Source of the DNA: a virus
Taxonomy: Duplodnaviria; Caudoviricetes
IMG/VR virus record: IMGVR_UViG_3300044723_003701
Span: 1 to 27,663 of that record
Strand: one strand, 5' to 3'
Length of the DNA: 27,663 bases
The position numbers and the translations under genes were made by a program. The notes beneath the pieces are model-generated. The model did not search any database. It saw only the letters and a program-made list of their open reading frames with translations, and was not told the DNA's origin. How positions within the stretch are numbered: position 1 is the stretch's first letter; each line of letters starts with the position of its first letter. This document shows positions 1 to 8,470 of this stretch, piece after piece.

Positions 1-2
1 AA

Positions 3-248
3 ATGCCAAAAGCAAAGTCACAAAGAAGTCTTGATAGCTGGACCAAACAAAAATGGCGAACTAAGTCTGGTAAAAAGTCATCTAAAACAGGAGAACGTTA
101 TTTACCAGAAAAAGCTATAAAAGCTTTAAGCCCTAAAGAATATGCTGCTACAACTAGAAAGAAAAGAGCAGATACAAAAAAAGGAAAACAATTTTCTAAA
201 CAGCCTAAAAAGGTAGCTGCTAAAGTCAGAAAGTATAGAAAAAAATGA
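3..248 (+). CDS. Small, very basic (Lys/Arg-rich) hypothetical phage protein, probably nucleic-acid binding
   Basis: 81-aa ORF containing WTKQKWRTKSGKKS..TGERYLP, a pattern I recall from small conserved phage proteins (possibly DUF5872; unverified). Its stop overlaps the terminase start (ATGA, 245-248). The start is at the window edge, so it is uncertain. Confidence 0.7.
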   Translation: MPKAKSQRSLDSWTKQKWRTKSGKKSSKTGERYLPEKAIKALSPKEYAATTRKKRADTKKGKQFSKQPKKVAAKVRKYRKK

Positions 249-2140
249 GTATGCTGCCTGAAGGCTACATCAAAAAAAAGTCTAGAACTATACCATTCGG
301 TTACAAAGAATCGGAAATCAAAGGTTATCTACAGCCTATACCCGACCAACTAGAAGTCTTACAAAAATATCTTAAAGCTGTTATGCAGCAAGAAGCTTCG
401 TTACGTGAAGCAGCTGAAGCAGTATCTGTTGAAACCGGTAGAAAAATAAGTCATACAGCATTATCTAAAATGCTTAAAAAAGATTTATGGGAATTACTAC
501 CAGATGAATATGAAAAAGATACCGCAGGTAACTTTGTTCTTAATGCCAAAGGTGAACCAAAAAGAAAAACAGGACGACCTAAAGGTGTTAAAAGCAATTA
601 CAACTTTTCTAAAGCACAACGTAGAAAACAAAAAATAAATCAAGAAAAGAAAAACTTAGAGAAATTAAAAAAGAAAGTAGCTTATAAAGAAACAAAACTA
701 AAACGAGAAACTAAAGTTATCGAAGCTTTAGAAAAAGATAACAGTAATAAAGTTGTTACAACAGAAGATTTAGACAGCCTAACTCCGTCCATACAAGAAA
801 CATTACAGGATGCTAAAGTTATATTTCATCCTAACGAAGGACCACAAACAAGTTTCTTAGCAGCAGATGAAAAAGATGTTCTATACGGTGGAGCAGCAGG
901 TGGTGGTAAATCATATGCTATGTTAGTTGACCCATTACGTTATGCTCACAGAAAAGCTCATAGAGCTCTAATACTTAGAAGGTCCATGCCAGAGCTAAGA
1001 GAACTTATAGACAAATCTAGAGAGTTATACCCCCAAGCATTTCCCGGTGCAAGATTTCGTGAAGTTGAAAAGGTTTGGACATTTCCATCAGGAGCTAAAG
1101 TAGAGTTTGGTTTCTTGGAAAAAGAAGCAGATGTATATCGTTATCAAGGACAAGCATATAGTTGGATTGGTTTTGATGAAATAACTCACTTACCAACAGA
1201 ATTTGGTTGGAACTATTTGGCATCTCGTTTAAGAACCACAGACTCAGAAATAAAAACTTATTTACGTTGTACAGCTAACCCCGGTGGTGTAGGTGCTCAT
1301 TGGGTCAAAAAAAGATACATTGAACCTGCTGACCCGGATTCATCTTTTGTTGGTAACGATGGTCTATCTAGAAAATTTATACCGGCTAGACTAAACGATA
1401 ACCCTTATTTATCTCGTGATGGTATTTATCAAAAAATGTTGGAATCTTTACCACCAACACAAAGAAAACAACTACTAGAAGGTAATTGGGAAATTTCAGA
1501 AGGAGCAGCTTTTACCGAATTTGATGTAACTGTACATGTTATTGAGCCATTTCAGTTTCCTTTTCATTGGGAAAGAGTTAAAGGAATCGACTATGGTTAC
1601 GCTTCAGAAAGCTGTTGTTTGTGGGGAACAGTGGACCGAGAAGACGGAACTTTGATAATTTATAGGGAATTATATCAAAAAGGCTTGACAGGTGACGAAT
1701 TAGGCACTATAATAGGGGATATGGAATTGGAAGACCCTTTTTCGGTTCCGGGTGTGCTTGATACAGCAGCTTGGGCTAAAACAGGGACGACTGGCCCAAC
1801 TGTAGGTGAGACTCTACAAAAGATGGGACATAAGCTAAGACGAGCAGATAAAAACAGAATACAAGGTAAAATACAAATACACGAATACTTAAAGACAAGA
1901 AACAACGGAAGACCAAAGTTACAAATTTTTAATACGTGTAAAAATTTAATAAGAGAGTTACAAAGTATACCACTCTCTAAAACAAATTCTGAAGACGTGG
2001 ATACTCATGCTTCAGACCATGCTTATGATGCTCTGCGTTATATGATAATGAGCAGACCCAGAATGGATAGTCCCCTACAGAGAATGGACGACTACAAACG
2101 TAATATGTTTGAACCTTCTGATTCTACGTTTGGATACTAA
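245..2140 (+). CDS. terL: Terminase large subunit with N-terminal HTH/AT-hook-like extension
   Basis: Walker A GGAAGGGKS, Walker B WIGFDE, coupling motif TANPGG, RNase-H-like nuclease motifs GIDYG and DHAYDALRY. Lies directly upstream of the portal. Confidence 0.95.
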   Translation: MSMLPEGYIKKKSRTIPFGYKESEIKGYLQPIPDQLEVLQKYLKAVMQQEASLREAAEAVSVETGRKISHTALSKMLKKDLWELLPDEYEKDTAGNFVLNAKGEPKRKTGRPKGVKSNYNFSKAQRRKQKINQEKKNLEKLKKKVAYKETKLKRETKVIEALEKDNSNKVVTTEDLDSLTPSIQETLQDAKVIFHPNEGPQTSFLAADEKDVLYGGAAGGGKSYAMLVDPLRYAHRKAHRALILRRSMPELRELIDKSRELYPQAFPGARFREVEKVWTFPSGAKVEFGFLEKEADVYRYQGQAYSWIGFDEITHLPTEFGWNYLASRLRTTDSEIKTYLRCTANPGGVGAHWVKKRYIEPADPDSSFVGNDGLSRKFIPARLNDNPYLSRDGIYQKMLESLPPTQRKQLLEGNWEISEGAAFTEFDVTVHVIEPFQFPFHWERVKGIDYGYASESCCLWGTVDREDGTLIIYRELYQKGLTGDELGTIIGDMELEDPFSVPGVLDTAAWAKTGTTGPTVGETLQKMGHKLRRADKNRIQGKIQIHEYLKTRNNGRPKLQIFNTCKNLIRELQSIPLSKTNSEDVDTHASDHAYDALRYMIMSRPRMDSPLQRMDDYKRNMFEPSDSTFGY

Positions 2141-2142
2141 GG

Positions 2143-4371
2143 ATGGAAGAGAACACGTTTTTAAATGCTAATAATATCTACGAAGATGTTGAAGGAGAAG
2201 CAGGTAAGAGTTTAAATCTTATCGAAGACCAAAAAATAAATCTTGTAGGAATTATTCAAAGTAGATTTGCAGTCGCAGAAGACGCAAGAGATTCAGACGA
2301 ACAAAGATGGTTAGAGTCCTACGAAAACTATAGAGGGCTCTACGGTAAAAGAGTAAAGTTTAGAGATTCTGAAAAATCCAGAGTATTTGTAAAAGTTACC
2401 AAAACCAAAGTCTTAGCTGCATTCGGTCAAATGGTCGATGTAATTTTTGGTACAGGTAAATTTCCTATAGGTATTAGTCGAACTAAAGTACCCGAAGGAG
2501 AAAAAGAATATGCTTATTTAGATACCCAAAATCCAATTCCCGGTATCGAGTCTCCTGAAATAAGTGAAGAACAGTTAGACAACATAGGAAATTTAAAAGG
2601 TGGACCGTTTGATATTGGTTATCGAGGAGATGGTAAGGTACTTAAACCCGGAGCTACATTTGGCGATGGAATGTTTGAAGAACATGAAACCCCTATTGAA
2701 GTCCAAGCTGAAAATTTAGGTATACTTAAAGAAGGTCCTTCACCAAGACCAGACATGCCTCAGATTTCTCCAGCAGATAAAGCTGCTAGAAAAATGGAGA
2801 AGTTGATTCATGACCAAATAGAAGAATCAAATGGTTCGGCAGAAATTAGAAATGCTTTATTAGAATCAGCATTATTAGGAACAGGAATTATTAAGGGTCC
2901 ATTTAATTTTAACAAGACTCTTAATCATTGGAAAAAAAATTCAGACGGTGAGAGAGAATACTCACCTGTACACGTAAGAGTACCAAGAATCGAATTTGTA
3001 AGTTGCTGGGACTTTTATCCAGACCCCGGTGCAACTAATATTGACGAATGTGAATATGTCATACACAGACATAAACTAAACAAAAGTCAATTAAGAGCAT
3101 TACGTAAAATGCCTTACTTCGATGAAGAATCTATTAGAGAATGTCTTCAAGATGGTCCAAATTACGTAGAAAAAGATTTTGAAAGTCAACTTAAAGATGA
3201 CTACGATACTGAAGAAGCATACGACAATGCTTTTGAAGTAATAGAATACTGGGGTATTATGGATGCCGAGTATGCTAGACAAGTAGGTATCGAACTTGAT
3301 GAAAGTGTTGACGACCTTGATGAGGTTCAAATCAATGCATGGGTTTGTGGTGATAAACTACTAAGAGCAGTTATCAATCCATTTACTCCATACAGAATAC
3401 CTTATCATGCATTTCCATACGAAAGAAATCCATATAACTTCTTTGGTATTGGAGTAGCTGAGAACATGAATGATTCTCAACAAATTATGAATGGTCATGC
3501 AAGAATGGCTATTGATAATTTAGCTTTAGCTGGTTCTTTAGTATTTGATGTAGATGAATCAGCTCTTGTCGGTGGACAAAATATGGAAATATACCCCGGC
3601 AAAATATTTAGAAGACAAGCAGGAATGCCCGGCCAAGCAGTACATGGTTTAAAATTTCCAAATACTGCACCTGAAAACATGATGATGTTTGACAGGTTTA
3701 GGCAGTTAGCTGATGAACAAACAGGTATACCTAGCTACTCTCACGGACAAACAGGTGTTCAAAGTATGACGAGAACAGCTTCTGGTATGTCAATGTTGTT
3801 AGGAGCAGCTAGTTTAAATATAAAAACTGTTATAAAGAATTTAGATGATTTTCTTTTAAAACCATTAGGTGAAGCATACTTCCAATGGAATATGCAATTT
3901 TTAGAAGATAATCTAGATGTAGTAGGTGACTTAGAAGTTAGGGCAACTGGTACCAATAGCTTGATGCAGAAAGAAGTAAGAAGTCAAAGATTGACAATGT
4001 TTTTACAAACTGCACAAAATCCAAGCATTGCTCCATTTGTTAAAGTTTCGAAGTTAATTAGTGAACTTGCCTACAGTCTCGACTTGGACCCTGATGAAAT
4101 ACTCAACGACCCAGAAGAGGCTGCAATAATGGCACAAATAATAGGGATGCAAAATGTTAGACAAGAACCTAGCGAGGAAGCTCAACCCTTTGGTGAGCAA
4201 CAAGGAATTATGGGAGGCCCTCAAGGAGTACCTCAACAACCAGCGGAACTTGGACCTACAGGCACTGGTGGTGGCAACATCGGAATTGGAAATGTACCGG
4301 TTGCAGGGGAAACTACGTTTAGTGGGACACCTAGACCAACTGGACCTGTTGGTGAAGGAAGCCCTGAATAG
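2143..4371 (+). CDS. Portal (head-tail connector) protein
   Basis: 742 aa, immediately after terL. Podovirus-portal-like segments (LLGTGIIKGP, VSCWDFYPDP, FFGIGVAE, RTASGMSML, IKNLDDFLLKPL). Low-complexity Gly/Pro-rich C-terminal tail. Confidence 0.9.
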   Translation: MEENTFLNANNIYEDVEGEAGKSLNLIEDQKINLVGIIQSRFAVAEDARDSDEQRWLESYENYRGLYGKRVKFRDSEKSRVFVKVTKTKVLAAFGQMVDVIFGTGKFPIGISRTKVPEGEKEYAYLDTQNPIPGIESPEISEEQLDNIGNLKGGPFDIGYRGDGKVLKPGATFGDGMFEEHETPIEVQAENLGILKEGPSPRPDMPQISPADKAARKMEKLIHDQIEESNGSAEIRNALLESALLGTGIIKGPFNFNKTLNHWKKNSDGEREYSPVHVRVPRIEFVSCWDFYPDPGATNIDECEYVIHRHKLNKSQLRALRKMPYFDEESIRECLQDGPNYVEKDFESQLKDDYDTEEAYDNAFEVIEYWGIMDAEYARQVGIELDESVDDLDEVQINAWVCGDKLLRAVINPFTPYRIPYHAFPYERNPYNFFGIGVAENMNDSQQIMNGHARMAIDNLALAGSLVFDVDESALVGGQNMEIYPGKIFRRQAGMPGQAVHGLKFPNTAPENMMMFDRFRQLADEQTGIPSYSHGQTGVQSMTRTASGMSMLLGAASLNIKTVIKNLDDFLLKPLGEAYFQWNMQFLEDNLDVVGDLEVRATGTNSLMQKEVRSQRLTMFLQTAQNPSIAPFVKVSKLISELAYSLDLDPDEILNDPEEAAIMAQIIGMQNVRQEPSEEAQPFGEQQGIMGGPQGVPQQPAELGPTGTGGGNIGIGNVPVAGETTFSGTPRPTGPVGEGSPE

Positions 4372-4387
4372 AAAGGAAGAAAAATGA
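4154..4387 (+). CDS. Small helical hypothetical protein nested in the +1 frame of the portal 3' end
   Basis: 77 aa with amphipathic-helix composition (LNPLVSNKELWEALKEYL...EMYRLQGKLRLV). SD-like AGGGA a few nt upstream. Its stop overlaps the next start (ATGA, 4384-4387). Confidence 0.75.
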   Translation: MLDKNLARKLNPLVSNKELWEALKEYLNNQRNLDLQALVVATSELEMYRLQGKLRLVGHLDQLDLLVKEALNRKEEK

Positions 4388-5262
4388 AAGACTTATTAAA
4401 TCCAGATATGGTATCAGAAAAAAAGAATGACGATGCAGCTTTTAAAAACTATGGTTTAGTTTTACGAGGTGTTCAACAAGTTCCAGTAGAAGATTTGCCT
4501 ATGGTAAGAGAACTTGTAGTGAAAGGTGAAAACTTACCAGAACGTTTTAATTTTGAAGGAGAAGAAGGTATTTCTATAAGTCCTGTAATGGCACAACAAC
4601 AATTCCCAGAAGATTTATTAAAAGCAATAGATTTCATAATGAGTGAAGCTCAACCAAAAGAACCTATGATGGATGGTGGCGAAGCACAAATTATGGAAGA
4701 CGAGCCAAGAGCAATATTAAATGAAGGCTCTTTGCTTGAAGAAGATTATGACGAACAAGACATGGTCCCTGACAATAAAATGGAAGAGGACTACATGGAG
4801 TATGTTGTAAATGAAGCTCTAAGTGAAGAAGAGCAAGACATGTTCCAAAAAGAATTAGAAGCTAATCCAGAAATAGCTAATTTATTTATGAAAGTTATGG
4901 ATGTAGCTCAAGAGTTTTCTGGAGCCGGGGAAGTTGAAGGTCCCGGCACTGGAGTATCTGATTCGATACCTGCAAGGTTATCGGACGGAGAATTTGTTTT
5001 CACTGCGAAAGCAGTTGAGTATATCGGAGCTGATGAATTATCTAAGATGATGAAAGAAGCCGAGAGTGCTTATGATAGAGAACAAAAGCAGTATGGTGGA
5101 CCAATGCTAGAAGAGCAACAGCCTGAAAAAATCGTAAGGTCTGAAACAGTTGTTACTAAAGCACAACCAGTAATGGGAGCTTTATTAGTAGCTGAAGATG
5201 ACATAATCGAAGAACAAAGGCGAGAAAATCTGAAAGCAAATGGTAAACACGTACTTAGCTAA
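4384..5262 (+). CDS. Acidic hypothetical head-module protein carrying a GPGTGVSDSIPARLSDGEFV module
   Basis: 292 aa, Glu/Asp/Met-rich, between portal and scaffold, with SD-like AAGGA upstream. Confidence 0.75.
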   Translation: MKDLLNPDMVSEKKNDDAAFKNYGLVLRGVQQVPVEDLPMVRELVVKGENLPERFNFEGEEGISISPVMAQQQFPEDLLKAIDFIMSEAQPKEPMMDGGEAQIMEDEPRAILNEGSLLEEDYDEQDMVPDNKMEEDYMEYVVNEALSEEEQDMFQKELEANPEIANLFMKVMDVAQEFSGAGEVEGPGTGVSDSIPARLSDGEFVFTAKAVEYIGADELSKMMKEAESAYDREQKQYGGPMLEEQQPEKIVRSETVVTKAQPVMGALLVAEDDIIEEQRRENLKANGKHVLS

Positions 5263-5282
5263 AAAATTTATGTAACCCGAAA

Positions 5283-5346
5283 GGCCAACTTTACGAACAA
5301 GCCCTGCGTAGTGCACAAAAGCGGCCAACTTGTTTAGAAAGCCCTG
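5283..5346 (+). repeat. Two copies of GGCCAACTT-N7-AAGCCCTG at exactly 40-nt period; candidate cis-regulatory RNA or operator
   Basis: Copy 1 is 5283-5306 and copy 2 is 5323-5346. They lie in the longest intergenic gap of the window and end 3 nt before the scaffold SD. Confidence 0.8.
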
Positions 5347-5349
5347 ATT

Positions 5350-5356
5350 AGGAGGA
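5350..5356 (+). promoter_or_regulatory. Shine-Dalgarno site of the scaffold gene
   Basis: AGGAGGA just upstream of ATG 5361. Confidence 0.8.
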
Positions 5357-5360
5357 TGAT

Positions 5361-6221
5361 ATGACAACGAAAGTTGAAAAAGAGGAAAATGCCAATCCTT
5401 ATAATATGAATAAATCTTGGCATAACGTTAAAGAAGAAGAATTTGTCTCAGCAGACAGTGTTTATTACGGAGGTGCTGAATCTGGTCAACCAGAAGAAGT
5501 TCAAGAAGTAAAAGCACAAAAGAATGTTGAGAAGAAAGAAAGAGCTTATAAACGTCCTGACTATAAAAAACGTTATGACGAAATGAAAAGGCATCACGAT
5601 AAAACTATTGGAGAATTACGTGCTGAAGTAGCTTCCTTAAAAGAACAAAAAGAAGTTACTGAATACGAAGCTCCTGAAACTCTAGAAGAACTAGAATCTT
5701 TTAGAGATAAATATCCAGATGTCTATAAAGTTGTAGAAACAGTTGCTCATCTAAAAAGCTCCGAAAAAGCTAAAAACTTAGAAGAGAAACTAAATGTTTT
5801 ACAACGTAGAGAAAATGAGCTAGTTCAGAAAGATGCTTTGACTAGGCTAGAGAAAGCACATCCAGATTTTAGAGAAGTCAAAAATAGTAAAGACTTCAAA
5901 GACTGGACAGACTCTCAACCTGCATCTATACAAGATTGGATTAGAAATAATTCAAACGATGCAGACTTAGCTATAAGAGCTATAGATTTATTCAAAAAAG
6001 ATATGGGTATTGGTGTTCCTGAAAGAAAACAACCGAAGTTAGATTATCAGCAGTCCAAATCTCAAGCTGCCGAAATGGTATCAACGAAAACAACATCGTT
6101 TGATTCCAAGGAGCCTAAAGTTTGGACAGAAAAGGAGATTCTTGCTTTATCTCCAGCTGAATTTGATAGACTTGAACAGGAAATCGATAAAGCTTGGGAC
6201 GAAGGAAGAATTGTAAGATAA
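5361..6221 (+). CDS. Capsid scaffolding protein
   Basis: 286 aa, charged and helical with coiled-coil stretches (DYKKRYDEMKRHHD, HPDF, C-terminal IDKAWDEGRIV). Directly upstream of the major capsid gene. Confidence 0.8.
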   Translation: MTTKVEKEENANPYNMNKSWHNVKEEEFVSADSVYYGGAESGQPEEVQEVKAQKNVEKKERAYKRPDYKKRYDEMKRHHDKTIGELRAEVASLKEQKEVTEYEAPETLEELESFRDKYPDVYKVVETVAHLKSSEKAKNLEEKLNVLQRRENELVQKDALTRLEKAHPDFREVKNSKDFKDWTDSQPASIQDWIRNNSNDADLAIRAIDLFKKDMGIGVPERKQPKLDYQQSKSQAAEMVSTKTTSFDSKEPKVWTEKEILALSPAEFDRLEQEIDKAWDEGRIVR

Positions 6222-6238
6222 ACTTAATTTTAACCCAA

Positions 6239-6244
6239 AAGGAG
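6239..6244 (+). promoter_or_regulatory. Shine-Dalgarno site of the major capsid gene
   Basis: AAGGAG 6 nt before ATG 6251. Confidence 0.75.
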
Positions 6245-6250
6245 TAAAAA

Positions 6251-7222
6251 ATGGCACAGTATTTTGAACCAACCCCAGATACAAATGCAAACTTTGGTAA
6301 CTCCGTTAGTGGTCAAGCTAATAGTTTCTTCCTGCCTTCTATATATTCTGCTAAAGTTTTAAACTTTTTCAGAAAGGCATCAGTGGTAGAAGCTATTACA
6401 AATACTGACTACTCCGGAGAAATCAGCAATTATGGAGACTCTGTCAAAATAATTAAAGAGCCAGTAATCTCAGTGTACGACTACACAAGAGGTTCTGACA
6501 CAACTCAAACCAAGCTAACCGACCAAGAGCTAACACTCGTAGTCGATTCAGCTAAAGCTTTCAAATTCATCGTAGATGATATTGAGAGAGATATGTCTCA
6601 CGTCAACTTTAAAGAAGTTGCAACATCTTCAGCAGCTTATGCTCTAAGAGATTCTTTCGATGCAGCAGTTATCGAATCAATGTTCTCAGGTGTCGCTTCT
6701 TCTTCACCAGACCACGTACTAGGTGCAGACTCAGCTACAAAATTAGGAGCAGGAGTCTATGATGGTGCAGGTTCTATTGACTTAGGTGTATCTGCAGAGA
6801 CAGACCCATTAGACGTACTTGCAAGAATGGCAAGACTATTAGATGACGCAAACGTTCCTGAAGAAGGTAGATGGTTTGTAGCTTCTCCAGAATTTTATGA
6901 GCAGCTATCACAATCCAGCTCAAAACTTCTTTCTGTTGACTACAACGCAGGACAAGGCTCAATCAGAAATGGTCTAGTATCTAGCGGTAAGTTAAGAGGT
7001 TTCAATATGTACAAATCTAATAACATTGCAGCTGTTTCAAGCGCTTCAGGAAAATGTCTAGCTGGACACATTTCCTCAACAGCAACAGCTCAAACAATTA
7101 TCTCAACTGAAGTCCTAAGAGACCCAAGTTCATTTGGTGATATTGTTAGAGGCCTACATGTTTATGGAGCAAAAGTATTGAGAGACGATGCATTAGTATC
7201 AGCTTTCTATACAATAGACTAA
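6251..7222 (+). CDS. Major capsid protein (HK97 fold, P22-coat/T7-like group)
   Basis: 323 aa with FLPSIYSAKVL, NTDYSGEISNYGDSVKI, LDDANVPEEGRWFV and FGDIVRGLHVYGAKVLR. Follows the scaffold gene and is followed by a terminator. Confidence 0.92.
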   Translation: MAQYFEPTPDTNANFGNSVSGQANSFFLPSIYSAKVLNFFRKASVVEAITNTDYSGEISNYGDSVKIIKEPVISVYDYTRGSDTTQTKLTDQELTLVVDSAKAFKFIVDDIERDMSHVNFKEVATSSAAYALRDSFDAAVIESMFSGVASSSPDHVLGADSATKLGAGVYDGAGSIDLGVSAETDPLDVLARMARLLDDANVPEEGRWFVASPEFYEQLSQSSSKLLSVDYNAGQGSIRNGLVSSGKLRGFNMYKSNNIAAVSSASGKCLAGHISSTATAQTIISTEVLRDPSSFGDIVRGLHVYGAKVLRDDALVSAFYTID

Positions 7223-7232
7223 TATAGCCTAC

Positions 7233-7261
7233 GGGGGAGTCTTCGGGCTCCTCCACTTTTT
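7233..7261 (+). terminator. Rho-independent terminator after the major capsid gene
   Basis: 9-bp stem GGGGGAGTC/GGCTCCTCC (two G-U pairs) with a C(UUCG)G tetraloop, followed by ACTTTTT. Confidence 0.85.
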
Positions 7262-7264
7262 AAA

Positions 7265-7555
7265 ATGAATAGAGTACCAAACACAAAATACAAAAAGAAC
7301 AAATATACAGGGAGAGATATGATGAAAGATGGTGGACATAAAAAAAATAAAAAAAGAGAAAAATATTTTGGCGGAAGTTCAGGTGATGGTTTTACTGAAA
7401 TGAGAAAAGCTAAAATGGCCTACGGTAGTGGCGGTAAAGCTAGAAAAGCTTATGCTCATGGCGGTAAAGGCGGATATGGTTCTGTACAAGATATGGAAAA
7501 AGCTTGTAATAAAATGGTAGGTATGAATACCATGGACATGAAAGGCGAGAAGTAA
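7265..7555 (+). CDS. Small basic Lys/Gly/Met-rich protein with four xxGG-type motifs
   Basis: 96-aa ORF whose stop overlaps the next ATG (TAATG, 7553-7557). The start is uncertain because there is no clear SD before 7265. Confidence 0.65.
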   Translation: MNRVPNTKYKKNKYTGRDMMKDGGHKKNKKREKYFGGSSGDGFTEMRKAKMAYGSGGKARKAYAHGGKGGYGSVQDMEKACNKMVGMNTMDMKGEK

Positions 7556-7701
7556 TGAAAGTACCAGCACCTAAAGGTTATCATTGGATGAAAAGTGGCA
7601 AAAGCTACAAGCTAATGAAAGACCCTAAAGATGGTTACAGACCACACAAAGGAGCTAGTAAATCAGCAAATTTTGCAATACAAAAAGTACATAAAAAATA
7701 A
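7555..7701 (+). CDS. 48-aa basic hypothetical protein (absent from the ORF track)
   Basis: Hand translation: MKVPAPKGYHWMKSGKSYKLMKDPKDGYRPHKGASKSANFAIQKVHKK. It fills the gap exactly, with TAATG overlaps at both ends. Confidence 0.8.
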   Translation: MKVPAPKGYHWMKSGKSYKLMKDPKDGYRPHKGASKSANFAIQKVHKK

Positions 7702-8468
7702 TGGCAACAACATATTTAGATTTAACAAACGAAATTCTACGAGAGTTAAATGAAATACCTTTAACGGCTGCTAACTTTGGCAACGCAACAGGATTTCAAC
7801 AATTTGTTAAAGATGCAATTAATAAATCTATTTTTGACATTGCAAACGAAGAACCTCAATTACCTTTTTTTGCAGCAGATTTAAGTGGAGCTACAAATCC
7901 TTTTTACGGAAACGTTGTAGTTCCTACAGTTATAGGACAAAGATACTATCTACTAAAAAGTGATAGTACAAGTATTAAAGATGATTATGGTTCCGTAGAT
8001 TGGGACGATTTTTATTTAACAACAATTAATGTTTCTGGTGAATCAGCACCTTACGTATCTCAAGGGTTAAAATTTTTAACTCATGCTGATTGGAGAAGAT
8101 ATTACAGAGACAATGAAAATAATGACTCAGCCGATGGACAGGTTTATGGTGAACCTAAATACGTTATTAAATCTCCCGATAACAGAAAGTTTGGCTTGAG
8201 TCCAATACCAGACAAAATTTATAATATACATTTTTATGCTTATGTAAAACCTACAGCTTTATCAGCATATACTGATGAAATAATTTTGCCAGACCAGTAT
8301 AAAAATGTTATTTTAGCAAGAGTAAGATATTACACATGGCAGTTTAAAGAAAGCCCACAACAAGCTTCTTTTGCACTGCAAGATTATGTACAAAGTATGA
8401 AGGCGATGAAAGAAAACTTAATTAATCCACAGCCTAAATACATGACAGACGATAGAACTTATTTTTAA
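7701..8468 (+). CDS. Head-tail adaptor / tail tubular protein A-like
   Basis: 255 aa. N-terminal TYLDLTNEILRELNE and later LSPIPDKIYNI are typical of podovirus adaptors. Position after the capsid gene fits. Confidence 0.75.
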   Translation: MATTYLDLTNEILRELNEIPLTAANFGNATGFQQFVKDAINKSIFDIANEEPQLPFFAADLSGATNPFYGNVVVPTVIGQRYYLLKSDSTSIKDDYGSVDWDDFYLTTINVSGESAPYVSQGLKFLTHADWRRYYRDNENNDSADGQVYGEPKYVIKSPDNRKFGLSPIPDKIYNIHFYAYVKPTALSAYTDEIILPDQYKNVILARVRYYTWQFKESPQQASFALQDYVQSMKAMKENLINPQPKYMTDDRTYF

Positions 8469-8470
8469 TT

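Noticed and set aside
272-285. In-frame A_AAA_AAG slippery heptamer near the terL start
   Set aside because: The -1 frame hits TAG (283-285) almost immediately, and such runs are expected in Lys-rich, AT-rich sequence.
4369-4386. Portal TAG in frame with the next ATG, suggesting amber readthrough or an alternative genetic code
   Set aside because: All long genes are intact under the standard code, the downstream gene has its own SD-like site and ATGA coupling, and the other TAG-ending gene (20112) is not in frame with its neighbour.
5283-5346. Possible CRISPR mini-array
   Set aside because: Only two units, the conserved parts are 9 and 8 nt split by a variable core, the 16-nt gap is too short for a spacer, and there are no cas genes.
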